A stretch of 64,000 nt of DNA from a virus, in IMG/VR virus record IMGVR_UViG_3300044844_000506, positions 1 to 64,000 of that record; one strand, 5' to 3'. Shown one piece after another: positions 48,214-57,066 of the stretch. The notes below the pieces were generated by a model. The model searched no databases. It saw only the letters and a list, made by a program, of their open reading frames with translations, and was not told the origin of the DNA. How positions within the stretch are numbered: the first letter of the stretch is position 1; each line of letters starts with the position of its first letter. A program made the translations under genes and the position numbers.

Positions 48214-49083
48214 TTAACCCCAAGAAATATACGGAGGCTCTTCAATCTCATCTACCAGTTCTCTCTCCAGCTTTTCCATTTCTGCTTGAGCTTGTTGAAC
48301 TAATTCACCACCGTTCAATTGTGCTCCACCAGCGGGAGAAGGTACTGTTTTATACTTACCTCTGATCTGTCCTAAAGTTTCTCTAGATACTGCCAAGGCA
48401 TATCTATCAATCCAATTAAGATAAGCAGGGTGAATAGTCTCTGTATTTAATCCTCTGAATATTACAATAACTTCTTCTCCACCATACTGAGGAGAAGGAT
48501 ATAACTGTAGATATTTTCCATCTATAACATCCCAAGAGCCATCGTTACCTAATATTCTTCTAGTCATCTCTAAGTGGGATTGAAGCAAGTAAAAGTCTCC
48601 CATGCTAAAGTCTGAGAATAAAAAGTTTTCTTGGAAGTATTTAATGAAGAAATCGAACTCTAGTGTACCAGCTTGAGATTGAACACTAAGAAAGTTCTTT
48701 TTATAACCAACATATTCTAGGTTATCTAGTATGTACTTAGGTAGTTCGTATAGATTTACCCCATAGACAGATTTAAATGCCATCATCTGGGTATTCCATC
48801 TAGGAGCATGATAGCTTAATTTAGTAATAGCAGAATGGATAGCTTGTTTAATATTAAAATCAGCTAACTCAACTTTAATTACTGGATGACCTAATCTGCC
48901 TAACACATAGTTCTTAATTCCATTTTCAAAATCTGTAAACTCTGTTGATTCAGCAGCATCTACTTTACCTAACTTATCTCTATCAATTTGAGTGTTAGGT
49001 ATAGTATCTGTAACTAGATTTCCAGGAGATTTGCCGAAGCTATTTCCATATCCAGTTAATTCAGGTCTAATTGCTTCTGTCAT
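48214..49083 (-). CDS. Neck protein (gp13-like)
   Basis: LGHPVIKVEL, W...YALA...LG.IRGKY, QLNG. Confidence 0.85.
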   Translation of the reverse strand: MTEAIRPELTGYGNSFGKSPGNLVTDTIPNTQIDRDKLGKVDAAESTEFTDFENGIKNYVLGRLGHPVIKVELADFNIKQAIHSAITKLSYHAPRWNTQMMAFKSVYGVNLYELPKYILDNLEYVGYKKNFLSVQSQAGTLEFDFFIKYFQENFLFSDFSMGDFYLLQSHLEMTRRILGNDGSWDVIDGKYLQLYPSPQYGGEEVIVIFRGLNTETIHPAYLNWIDRYALAVSRETLGQIRGKYKTVPSPAGGAQLNGGELVQQAQAEMEKLERELVDEIEEPPYISWG

Positions 49084-49086
49084 ACT

Positions 49087-49212
49087 TTACCCTTTACTAG
49101 CTAAATAAGCTCTCAATGCCTTCTTAAATTTTTTACCAGCAACTATATTCCTAGGTCTTTCCTCAAGAAGAAGTCGTTCGATTAATAATTTTAATCTAAC
49201 TTTATAATTCAT
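49087..49212 (-). CDS. 41-aa basic peptide with LLLEE leader (not in the ORF track)
   Basis: MNYKVRLKLLIERLLLEERPRNIVAGKKFKKALRAYLASKG. Confidence 0.5.
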   Translation of the reverse strand: MNYKVRLKLLIERLLLEERPRNIVAGKKFKKALRAYLASKG

Positions 49213-49510
49213 TTCTTTTTAGTCTTTTTAATTTCTGCTTTAACTTCTTCTACTACAGGTTCTGGCTGTACTTTTGGCTCTTCTTTAGCAGCTATTTGAG
49301 CAGCCTTTTGAGCAGCTTTAATTCTGTTTCTTTCTTGTAGTCGTAGGTGCATCATGTTTCTCGGGTTCATTGTTGTCCTCCATTAAAATTAAATTAGGAA
49401 AATTTAATAATTCATTTGACTCAAGTACTTGATTAGGGAAAACCTCAATTACTTGATTATTAACTGCGATTAAAAAAGGAAATCGGCATTTTGATTTGTA
49501 CAAAAACATC

Positions 49511-49518
49511 TATTTATA
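49511..49518 (-). promoter_or_regulatory. T4-type late promoter TATAAATA
   Basis: Exact T4 late consensus, upstream of the neck genes and just after the capsid terminator. Confidence 0.55.
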
Positions 49519-49533
49519 TATAGCCTATAAAAT

Positions 49534-49571
49534 AAGGATGGGCAGCTTTTTTTATTTAGCTGCCCATCCTT
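49534..49571 (-). terminator. Intrinsic terminator after the major capsid gene
   Basis: AAGGATGGGCAGCT / AGCTGCCCATCCTT stem followed by a T-rich tract. Confidence 0.8.
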
Positions 49572-49592
49572 TTAAGTTACCCTACTTAGTTA

Positions 49593-51128
49593 TTAGACTA
49601 AGTTACCAATTGTCTTTCTGAAAGGCTGGTAGAGGTAGTTGCTGCTGGGACCGATGATTCTAAGAATTCTATAGAACTTAGCTTCGGGAGCGATTGCTAA
49701 CATACCGTAACGAGTCATGATACCCTTACGAGGTTGGAATGTAGCAGGATCAACTACTGTGGGGAGGTTCTCAATTGGGATGTAAGGAGCGTAAACGAAT
49801 CCTGTATCCATTGGACCAGAACCCTTATAACCCATGAGGATTTCGTCTTCGGGCCAGAGTGGGTCGATGTAAAGATCGAACTTACCACCGAGCTTGCCCT
49901 TGAACTGAATCTGAGTACCCATGTTTGATGGACCTTCAACCTTGGAACCACCATTACCACCCATACCACCACCGAGTTGAGCGGCAGTTTCGAGCATTGC
50001 ACCAATGAGTGGTGAGGTAACAATCCAAGTACCAGGACCACGATGAGTGGTCTTGAAGATGTCCTGTGACATGAGATTTAATGTTGCCCACATATTCGAC
50101 CAAACATGACCGATGTGTTGTGGGCTAAAAGGTATTGCTGAAGATGTGAAGTCAATTACCCATACGTTCGTACCTGCACCTGAGGGGTTAGTTACACCAG
50201 TGATACCACCAGTGGTATTGTTGTAATCCCACATGAACTTAGCAGGATTGAAGGTATCTGCACCACCAGTGTTGCCGATTGACTGGCTATTAGCTAAGTC
50301 TAGTGCATTTCTGTACCAACCACCTAAGCCGTTAGCAATGTTGCTATCGTAAGCAATACCACGGAGGTTTTCGAGAAGCTCACGGTCGATTTCGAGACGG
50401 AGTTCGTTACCCATGAGTTCAGTGAGTTCCTGTTCAAGATCAAGGTTGTGATAAGCCTTGAGATCCTGTGAAGCCTCAATTGTCCAGAGGGTACGCATCT
50501 TACGGGTACGAGCAACAACTGGCTGCTGTTCGATTGTAAGGTTTACTTCTGGAATAGCTGAACCTGAGAGGAATTCACCTGCTGAAATGCTGAAACCATG
50601 AGTTCTATCTGTTAGAGGCCAAGCAGCAATCTTACCACCGAATGTGGTCGAGGCTGAACCTCTTGTAGCACCATAAATAGTGCTCAATTGAACGTCATCA
50701 TCACCATCGGCACTATTAGCACCTACTGGGTTAGTTGTTAAACCACCGTAGGTTAACTGGTACTTGCTATAGACACCTTCTCTTGCTACACCGTATTGAC
50801 GGCCAGAGCCAAGGTAGAATACCTGACCAACTGGACCCTGCATGGGCTGCTGAGAAACTATTGCGTTTGCAATTAGCTGAGGGTAAACTCTACGGATTAG
50901 AGGGAATGCAAACTTCTGGAAGGTTCCAATTGAACCTGTTGAAGTTGCACCTTCAAAACCTGCTACGTTAGTTTCATCAATTCTCTTTGACTTCTCAAGA
51001 AGAATTGCCTTTGCTTGGTTCTCATAAAGAGTAGCTACGACTTTGCGAGTGTAAGAGTCATCAATGCCTTTTAATGCGGCACCCCACTTACCTACAAGGT
51101 CTTCGCCATTTTCAATTAATTCGCTCAT
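49593..51128 (-). CDS. Major capsid protein (gp23-like)
   Basis: LYENQ, PLIRRV, QPMQGPVG, ARTRKMR..WTIEA.QDLKAYH, EIDRE, YAPYIP, FQPRKGIMTRYG. Confidence 0.97.
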   Translation of the reverse strand: MSELIENGEDLVGKWGAALKGIDDSYTRKVVATLYENQAKAILLEKSKRIDETNVAGFEGATSTGSIGTFQKFAFPLIRRVYPQLIANAIVSQQPMQGPVGQVFYLGSGRQYGVAREGVYSKYQLTYGGLTTNPVGANSADGDDDVQLSTIYGATRGSASTTFGGKIAAWPLTDRTHGFSISAGEFLSGSAIPEVNLTIEQQPVVARTRKMRTLWTIEASQDLKAYHNLDLEQELTELMGNELRLEIDRELLENLRGIAYDSNIANGLGGWYRNALDLANSQSIGNTGGADTFNPAKFMWDYNNTTGGITGVTNPSGAGTNVWVIDFTSSAIPFSPQHIGHVWSNMWATLNLMSQDIFKTTHRGPGTWIVTSPLIGAMLETAAQLGGGMGGNGGSKVEGPSNMGTQIQFKGKLGGKFDLYIDPLWPEDEILMGYKGSGPMDTGFVYAPYIPIENLPTVVDPATFQPRKGIMTRYGMLAIAPEAKFYRILRIIGPSSNYLYQPFRKTIGNLV

Positions 51129-51139
51129 AATTTTTTATC

Positions 51140-51766
51140 CTATTTATTAGGCATCAATGCCATTACATTCTCGTTGAGGAATGGATTAGAACGATCTAAT
51201 CCGAATTGTTCATCCTTAATTTGTTCCTCTGCAAGAATTAAGGCTTTTTCACTGGACTTAAACGGTCTTCGTGTATCGAGAAGTTCCTCAACTTGCTCAG
51301 TTAAAGGAACTAATTGTTCTTCTAAAGTTGAGGCAGTCTTCTTGTACTTACCTGCTAACTTTCTGTACTTTTCTAATTCTGGAACTAAATTATTTAATTG
51401 TTCAATTAAAATCTGATTTTCTTCAATGAGAGAATCTATCTGCTCATTTACTTCAGCTTCAGCTTCTAACTCTTGGTCATCTAATTCAATAGAATCTTCT
51501 AATCCTAATAAAGACTTAAGTTTACGGAATTGAGCAGCATCTCTGTGGAGATCACTTTCGTCCTCTAATTCCTTCTCAGCTTGTTCTTTTAATAGGTCTA
51601 TGTTGCCTCTAATAAAAGCTACTGTTTTAGCTTCTAATAGTTTTACTCTTTGTGTTACTTCCTCATTAATAAAACCTGAAATGAGGGTAGCTATTTCGTC
51701 TAAGCTATCCTCACTTAAATTATCGGGAAGAAGATCACTTAATTTATCTAATTTATTTGCGTTCAT
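51140..51766 (-). CDS. Prohead scaffold (gp22-like)
   Basis: Acidic coiled coil directly upstream of the capsid gene. Confidence 0.8.
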   Translation of the reverse strand: MNANKLDKLSDLLPDNLSEDSLDEIATLISGFINEEVTQRVKLLEAKTVAFIRGNIDLLKEQAEKELEDESDLHRDAAQFRKLKSLLGLEDSIELDDQELEAEAEVNEQIDSLIEENQILIEQLNNLVPELEKYRKLAGKYKKTASTLEEQLVPLTEQVEELLDTRRPFKSSEKALILAEEQIKDEQFGLDRSNPFLNENVMALMPNK

Positions 51767-51780
51767 AGTTTACCTATCTG

Positions 51781-51788
51781 TATTTATT
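51781..51788 (-). promoter_or_regulatory. Late-promoter-like AATAAATA
   Basis: About 15 nt upstream of the scaffold start. Confidence 0.45.
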
Positions 51789-51826
51789 CTAGCTAACTTT
51801 ATTTAAAGATTTTTTTTATTTTTTGT

Positions 51827-52849
51827 TTAAGAGTCTTCAAATTCACTAAGATGACCTCTTAACTGTTGTAAACTTCGATGTAACGATTGCCTAACTGTAT
51901 CAGGATTACTATTTAAAACTTTTGCTATTTGTATTGTATCATACCCTTTTAAATAATATAATTTAACTATGTTTTGTTGTGTTGGATTTAGTCTTGAGAT
52001 AGCTTTACCCAATTTAGCTCTAACTTCTGATCCAGCTATTCCAGAAGATGGATCTTCATATTCTTTAGGTCCAGAAATAGTAGATCCAAATTCTTTTTCA
52101 GTACCTGCTATAGGAGCATTTAATGAGCCTCCCTCTTTAGATCTAGCTCTTTTTTCTTGTGTATGATATCGTAAAGCATCTCCTACTCTAGCGTTTATAA
52201 TTTTAGATAAAAATCTAGGAAAAGATTCAACATTAAAATCTAGTTTTTCTAAATTTTGAAACCCTTCTTCAAATGCTTGTTGAACTATATCTTCAGCAGA
52301 TACCTTTGATTGAAGACTACCTAACCTACTTCTAGCAAATGCAATTAACTTTTTACTATGTTTATTAAATAGTTTATTAGTTGAATCTTCATCGCCTAAG
52401 CTGTGAGCCTGAAGTAATTCATGATCTTCTTTGTCATGAGGAACATTTCTTTGTGCCGCTTTAGCAGCTTCTTTATCAGCTATTGCTTTTTTAACTACCT
52501 TTTCTGGAATGTCTTCAGATGGTGTTTCTGATTTAGGTTTTACTTTTTTAGGTGGAAGTTCTAATGGTACTTTCCAGTAGTCATCACTTTTATCTTTTTG
52601 ATCTTCTGATTTCGGCTCTTTTTGTTCTGGCTTCTTAATTACTGGGGTAGCTGTAGGTTTTTCAACTTTAGGAGTAACTTTAGGTTCTTTAGTCTTTGGA
52701 GTAGGTTTTTTAGAAACAATCTTAGGTTTTTCTTTTTTAGGTAGAGGTTCTATTGGTTCTTCAATATCTTCTCCCTCATCTTCTTCAAGAAGAAACTCTT
52801 GAATTAAATGAATTGAATTTTCGTCTAAGATATTTTTAAAACTAATCAT
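51827..52849 (-). CDS. ECF sigma-70 factor with an N-terminal acidic leader and P/K/E-rich linker
   Basis: Region 2: LL.A...GDE.....LF......L..FAR.RL....K.SAEDIVQ..F...F..FL..I....V.D..R.H...KR. Region 4: AISRL...QQ.IV.LYY..G....QIA.VL....TVR..L.R.L.QLR. Confidence 0.88.
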   Translation of the reverse strand: MISFKNILDENSIHLIQEFLLEEDEGEDIEEPIEPLPKKEKPKIVSKKPTPKTKEPKVTPKVEKPTATPVIKKPEQKEPKSEDQKDKSDDYWKVPLELPPKKVKPKSETPSEDIPEKVVKKAIADKEAAKAAQRNVPHDKEDHELLQAHSLGDEDSTNKLFNKHSKKLIAFARSRLGSLQSKVSAEDIVQQAFEEGFQNLEKLDFNVESFPRFLSKIINARVGDALRYHTQEKRARSKEGGSLNAPIAGTEKEFGSTISGPKEYEDPSSGIAGSEVRAKLGKAISRLNPTQQNIVKLYYLKGYDTIQIAKVLNSNPDTVRQSLHRSLQQLRGHLSEFEDS

Positions 52850-52850
52850 A

Positions 52851-54017
52851 CTAACAATTCCACTTTCTTAAAGCCTTGTTAATTCTGCTGTTAGGATCAT
52901 TGGCTGTTTTTGATGAGGTACGACTTCTTTTCATTCCACCCATACGAGCGCAGAATGATTTACGTCTCTTAGCAGATTTGCTGCCCTTTTTTAATTTAGA
53001 TGGATCTGTAGTTACAGCAGTCTTTAATTTAGAACCAGGATTAGCTCTGCGGTATGCTTCAACTCCTTTTTGAGTTAAACCACCAGCTCTGCTTTTATGT
53101 ACACCCATTTTCATTTTGGGCATTACACCTTTACCTTCTACTAAAATGTTTTTTATGAGTTTGGTATAGGCTTCTACTAAATCTGCTTTAGATTTAACAT
53201 CCATTACACATCTTTCAAATTTTTTAGGATCTCTTCCTTTACCAAGAGAAGCATTACACACTGCCCAAGGGTTTACTTTAGATGTGCGTTTAGCTTCATT
53301 AACAGGTTTACTAGGAACACAATTAGGTACTTTTCTCTTACCCTTCATCTTCATACCTACTTGCTGATATCCTTTCCAGCAAGGATCTTTCTTTTCAAAG
53401 ATTTTAGAGATTCTATCATCCTTAACTGTATTTAATCTGGATTCAAGTAAGTTTAGTAATACCTTATTATTTAATGCAGCCTTTTTTGTTTTTTCTAGTA
53501 ACACAGACTCATTTACTTGAGATGGATGAGCACCTCTTGTTGAAGGATCCGCAACTAAATCAAATGTTACCGCACGGAAATCTTCATTAACTTCAAATTT
53601 GCCTGGAGAATCTTGACATGGCTTTAATGATCCAAGACCTCTACTGGAAACACCAATTCGTACTCCGTCCTTAATTAACTGTTGAGCTACTTTACCAGCA
53701 GGAGTATTTAATAGTTGAGATTCCCCTATTAAAACATCTCCTTGCCAGTATAGCTTAGTTACCATGTGTGATGCGTTAGTTAATTTAACTGTTGGACTAT
53801 CTGGGTGATCTAATTCACCTAAAAGTCTATTTTCAGTTACTAATGGCATTAATCTGGTAACTTCTCTTTCTAAAATTGGTTTTGGGTAGCGTCTGTTATT
53901 CTTATTGAATTCTCCAGCACGACCAAAGATACCTCTAATCTTAATAGTACCAGACTCTGTAGACTCTGATATTACTTGAACTGGATCTAATCTAAAGTAA
54001 TCAATAAGTAATTCCAT
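52851..54017 (-). CDS. Prohead protease (gp21-like) with multi-module C-terminal extension
   Basis: NxNxRxYP, GELDHP, SH, TPAG, GVSSRGLGS, TFDLVADPS. Confidence 0.93.
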   Translation of the reverse strand: MELLIDYFRLDPVQVISESTESGTIKIRGIFGRAGEFNKNNRRYPKPILEREVTRLMPLVTENRLLGELDHPDSPTVKLTNASHMVTKLYWQGDVLIGESQLLNTPAGKVAQQLIKDGVRIGVSSRGLGSLKPCQDSPGKFEVNEDFRAVTFDLVADPSTRGAHPSQVNESVLLEKTKKAALNNKVLLNLLESRLNTVKDDRISKIFEKKDPCWKGYQQVGMKMKGKRKVPNCVPSKPVNEAKRTSKVNPWAVCNASLGKGRDPKKFERCVMDVKSKADLVEAYTKLIKNILVEGKGVMPKMKMGVHKSRAGGLTQKGVEAYRRANPGSKLKTAVTTDPSKLKKGSKSAKRRKSFCARMGGMKRSRTSSKTANDPNSRINKALRKWNC

Positions 54018-54045
54018 TTTTTATCCTTTATATTTCTTATTAAAA

Positions 54046-54288
54046 TTATGCACCATAAAATGGTCTGCGTCTAATTGTAGCTCCAGTCGGACCTTTTTTT
54101 GGATTTCCTTCTATAAATTTCTGAAATGCAGAAGGCTTTGGAGATTGTGGTTTTTTAGGTTTATCTCCTTTTTTATGATGTGGTAATGATGCAAATTCTC
54201 CTTTACCAGATCTAGGATCGTCTGAAGGATAATTAGCTTCAGCTAAAAGTAAATCATAAATATAGTCAAAATAATTTATTTTATTCAT
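54046..54288 (-). CDS. Basic putative internal head protein
   Basis: YIYDLLLAEA leader; P/K-rich body. Confidence 0.6.
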   Translation of the reverse strand: MNKINYFDYIYDLLLAEANYPSDDPRSGKGEFASLPHHKKGDKPKKPQSPKPSAFQKFIEGNPKKGPTGATIRRRPFYGA

Positions 54289-54317
54289 AGGTTAACTTTC
54301 CCAAAGTAATTCTATAA

Positions 54318-55349
54318 TTATTCCTCCCAAGATTCTTCTTTATCTTTCTTGGCTCTCTCTCTTTCCATTTCTGATTGATAAGCCGCAGTAAGTTCAGCAG
54401 ATTTCCCACCTTTAGCCTTAGCAGCAGCCGCTATTTCTTTAGATCGTAAATCTTGTAAAGCACGCTTTTTACGATCTCTTTCTGCTTGTTTTATAGCAGC
54501 GACGCCAGTTTTCTTGGGTTTTACTTTAGAAGAAACTACTTTACCATGTTTGTCTATTTCAATTGGAGTCATTCCACCTGATGCACTTAGTTTATGACCT
54601 AACTGCTTTTCAGCAGACGATAGTCTCTTTCTTCTTGATTCCAATGCCTTCTTTCGTCTACTTAATCTTGTTTCAGCCTCTTTTTCCATTTTAGGAAACT
54701 CTGAGGGACTGGCTTCTCTATAAGCCTGTCTAGCTTTTTTAAGTTCTTGTGCTTTTGCAGCTAAATCACCTTTAGCTCTAGCTGTTCCAGCACCTTTTTC
54801 TCCAGGTTTTAATAACTTATCTTCTGTAGCTTCCTTATGTGCTTTTAATGCATCTCTTAATCTTTGTCTTGTTTTTTCAGATGCAGAAGAATATGCGTCT
54901 ATTCTAGCTTTTCTACCTGCTGCTACTGCCTCTCGTCTCTTACGTCTTAATGATCCCTTCTTAGCTTTAGGATCAGAAGCTAATTTTGTTTTAGCTTCTT
55001 CTGCCTTAGATTTTTTAGACTGGTATTCCTCTCGTTTTTTTCTAATTGCTCTTAATTTAGCTTGCTCTCTTGATAGTTTTCTTTCGTGACCAGATACTCT
55101 TCTAGTAGATAGTCTAAGACCTTTTTCTACTTCTGACTCATAGGTATCCTCTGTTTGTCTTGGTTTTTTATATGATTGTTCACTTTCTTTTTGAGATAGA
55201 GGTTTATCTTTTTTTAAAGCCTCTGCTGCTTTTATATTATGTTTACGTCTTTCTGATCTTACTCCAAACTGTTTTTCTTTAATTGCATCTATCTCTTTTT
55301 GACTAAGTTCTAAAAGTAAAGAAGCAATGCTATTATATGTATTGTTCAT
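54318..55349 (-). CDS. Highly basic putative internal head protein
   Basis: YNSIASLLLE leader; K/R/A-rich body. Confidence 0.65.
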   Translation of the reverse strand: MNNTYNSIASLLLELSQKEIDAIKEKQFGVRSERRKHNIKAAEALKKDKPLSQKESEQSYKKPRQTEDTYESEVEKGLRLSTRRVSGHERKLSREQAKLRAIRKKREEYQSKKSKAEEAKTKLASDPKAKKGSLRRKRREAVAAGRKARIDAYSSASEKTRQRLRDALKAHKEATEDKLLKPGEKGAGTARAKGDLAAKAQELKKARQAYREASPSEFPKMEKEAETRLSRRKKALESRRKRLSSAEKQLGHKLSASGGMTPIEIDKHGKVVSSKVKPKKTGVAAIKQAERDRKKRALQDLRSKEIAAAAKAKGGKSAELTAAYQSEMERERAKKDKEESWEE

Positions 55350-55351
55350 GT

Positions 55352-55741
55352 TTAATAACCTTTTCTAGTTATTTTTTTCTTTTTAGCTTTAACTTTAGGA
55401 GTTCCTCCCATATTAGTTCCGATACTCCCGCAAGTGGTCATTTCATCAATAAGGTTTTTAGCTTCTTGAATTAAATGCATTAACTTTTTAACGTATACTT
55501 CAGGATTAACTGTCTGATTGGATTCTCTTACGACAGGAGAAACTTTTTTAGTTGTCTTCTCACCAAATGAATGTTCTAATATAGTATTAGTATACGAATG
55601 AGGAACTGTTACCTTAGATATATCAGGAGCATTAGGTCTTATAATACCTTGGGGAGTCGAAACAAGTTTTCCTTGTTTCGACTCACTTTTAAGTATTGAT
55701 TCTGCTATATTAGCTATATCAAAATCTTTTTGCTTAGGCAT
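55352..55741 (-). CDS. Putative prohead core protein
   Basis: Several I/L-x-E sites; basic tail. Confidence 0.55.
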   Translation of the reverse strand: MPKQKDFDIANIAESILKSESKQGKLVSTPQGIIRPNAPDISKVTVPHSYTNTILEHSFGEKTTKKVSPVVRESNQTVNPEVYVKKLMHLIQEAKNLIDEMTTCGSIGTNMGGTPKVKAKKKKITRKGY

Positions 55742-55746
55742 AAAAA

Positions 55747-56625
55747 TTATCTTCGTGTAACTGGAGAAGCTCCAGTCATTAGATTTTTAAGAGTTCCGTG
55801 TAATCCACCTAAGTTAACCTTTGCTAATGCTTTAGATCTTTGTGGATTACTATGTTGACCAAATTCACTTACACCTTTTTTAAATTTAGGAGAAATGGCT
55901 CCACCTATTTTAGCTGCAACACCAGCGAGTTTACTTCCGCCATGACGAGCAGCGCCGACTCTTCTACCAGCTTTTTCCATAGCACTAACTTCAACTAGTA
56001 AATGAGCAATTTGTACATATGTCTCGTTCATTGGTTCGCCTTCTATTTCATTGTGTGTAAATCTCATGCCAACTCTCTTATATCTTTCTTCGGTTGCTTT
56101 ACGTTTTTCTGGATCAATAAAAGTTTGTGCTTTTTGTCCTGGAGCCGTCTGCTTTTTAAAATAACCTAAAGCTGTATTTTGCTTCTTACCCTTACTTTTT
56201 GTGATTTGAGCCTGTGTTGGTTGTGAACTCAATGTACCTGCTCTACCATGCATTAATCTATTTGTTTGGCGAGCTTTTAATAGGTCAGCATATGCTTTAT
56301 TTCTGCCTTTCTCATCTTTACCTCTTACAGCTTTACCATAAGCCTTAACAGCTTCACCGTGCTTCATTTTTGCACCTTTTTGTAACTGCGCTTGTTTCCA
56401 TTGGCCTCCCTTAGATCTTAAGGCAGAACCAATCTTCTTCATTCCCCCACCAACCATACCCTTTAATGCGGTTAAAAACTCTTGTAATAATTCCTCGTCT
56501 TCTAAGAGAATAGGAATGAGTTCTTGCTGGTGATCAAGAGGAACACCTTCTTCTGTGAGAAGAGCACTTAAATTTCTTTTCTCTTCTTCTAATAGAAGAG
56601 ATTCTTTAATTATGGAATAATACAT
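55747..56625 (-). CDS. Putative internal head polyprotein
   Basis: SLLLEE leader; internal YVQIAHLLVE; G/K-rich modules. Confidence 0.6.
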   Translation of the reverse strand: MYYSIIKESLLLEEEKRNLSALLTEEGVPLDHQQELIPILLEDEELLQEFLTALKGMVGGGMKKIGSALRSKGGQWKQAQLQKGAKMKHGEAVKAYGKAVRGKDEKGRNKAYADLLKARQTNRLMHGRAGTLSSQPTQAQITKSKGKKQNTALGYFKKQTAPGQKAQTFIDPEKRKATEERYKRVGMRFTHNEIEGEPMNETYVQIAHLLVEVSAMEKAGRRVGAARHGGSKLAGVAAKIGGAISPKFKKGVSEFGQHSNPQRSKALAKVNLGGLHGTLKNLMTGASPVTRR

Positions 56626-56631
56626 GGGGTA

Positions 56632-56985
56632 TTACTCCTCGTCTTCGTCTTCAGATTCTTCGTCGTACTCTTCTTCGTCGTACTCTTCACCATCGTCTTC
56701 TGATTCTTCTTCTGATTCTTCATCTGAATCGTCTTCTTCAGACTCTTCTAATGATTCATTTAGAGTATCTTCAACAGCAGTGAATACTTCTAACATAGCT
56801 GCGCTGTGCTCTAATAAAGCCTCTTCGCTGATTGGTTCAGCGAGATTTGATTGGCATAGAGGACAAACATGAGCTTCTGTTACGGGAGCCTGATCTGAGC
56901 ATTCAGTTAATGCGTCTTTTTCAGTGGGTAGCCAGCTTGCACCCTCAGTAATAGCCTTTACATAATTTTTAGAAACGTGTGACAT
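56632..56985 (-). CDS. Acidic putative prohead core protein with CPLC
   Basis: AAGGAG RBS; D/E-rich tail. Confidence 0.6.
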   Translation of the reverse strand: MSHVSKNYVKAITEGASWLPTEKDALTECSDQAPVTEAHVCPLCQSNLAEPISEEALLEHSAAMLEVFTAVEDTLNESLEESEEDDSDEESEEESEDDGEEYDEEEYDEESEDEDEE

Positions 56986-57013
56986 AAATTCTCCTTAAGA
57001 GTAATCCTATCAT

Positions 57014-57021
57014 TATTTAGA
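57014..57021 (-). promoter_or_regulatory. Late-promoter-like TCTAAATA
   Basis: Sits just upstream of the head-core gene run. Confidence 0.4.
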
Positions 57022-57066
57022 ATCCAATAAGATAAAATGAAAGAATATTTTATTTTTTGAATTATT

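Noticed and set aside
56624-56872. Ser-rich plus-strand ORF
   Set aside because: It is the antisense reading of the D/E-rich tail of 56632..56985.
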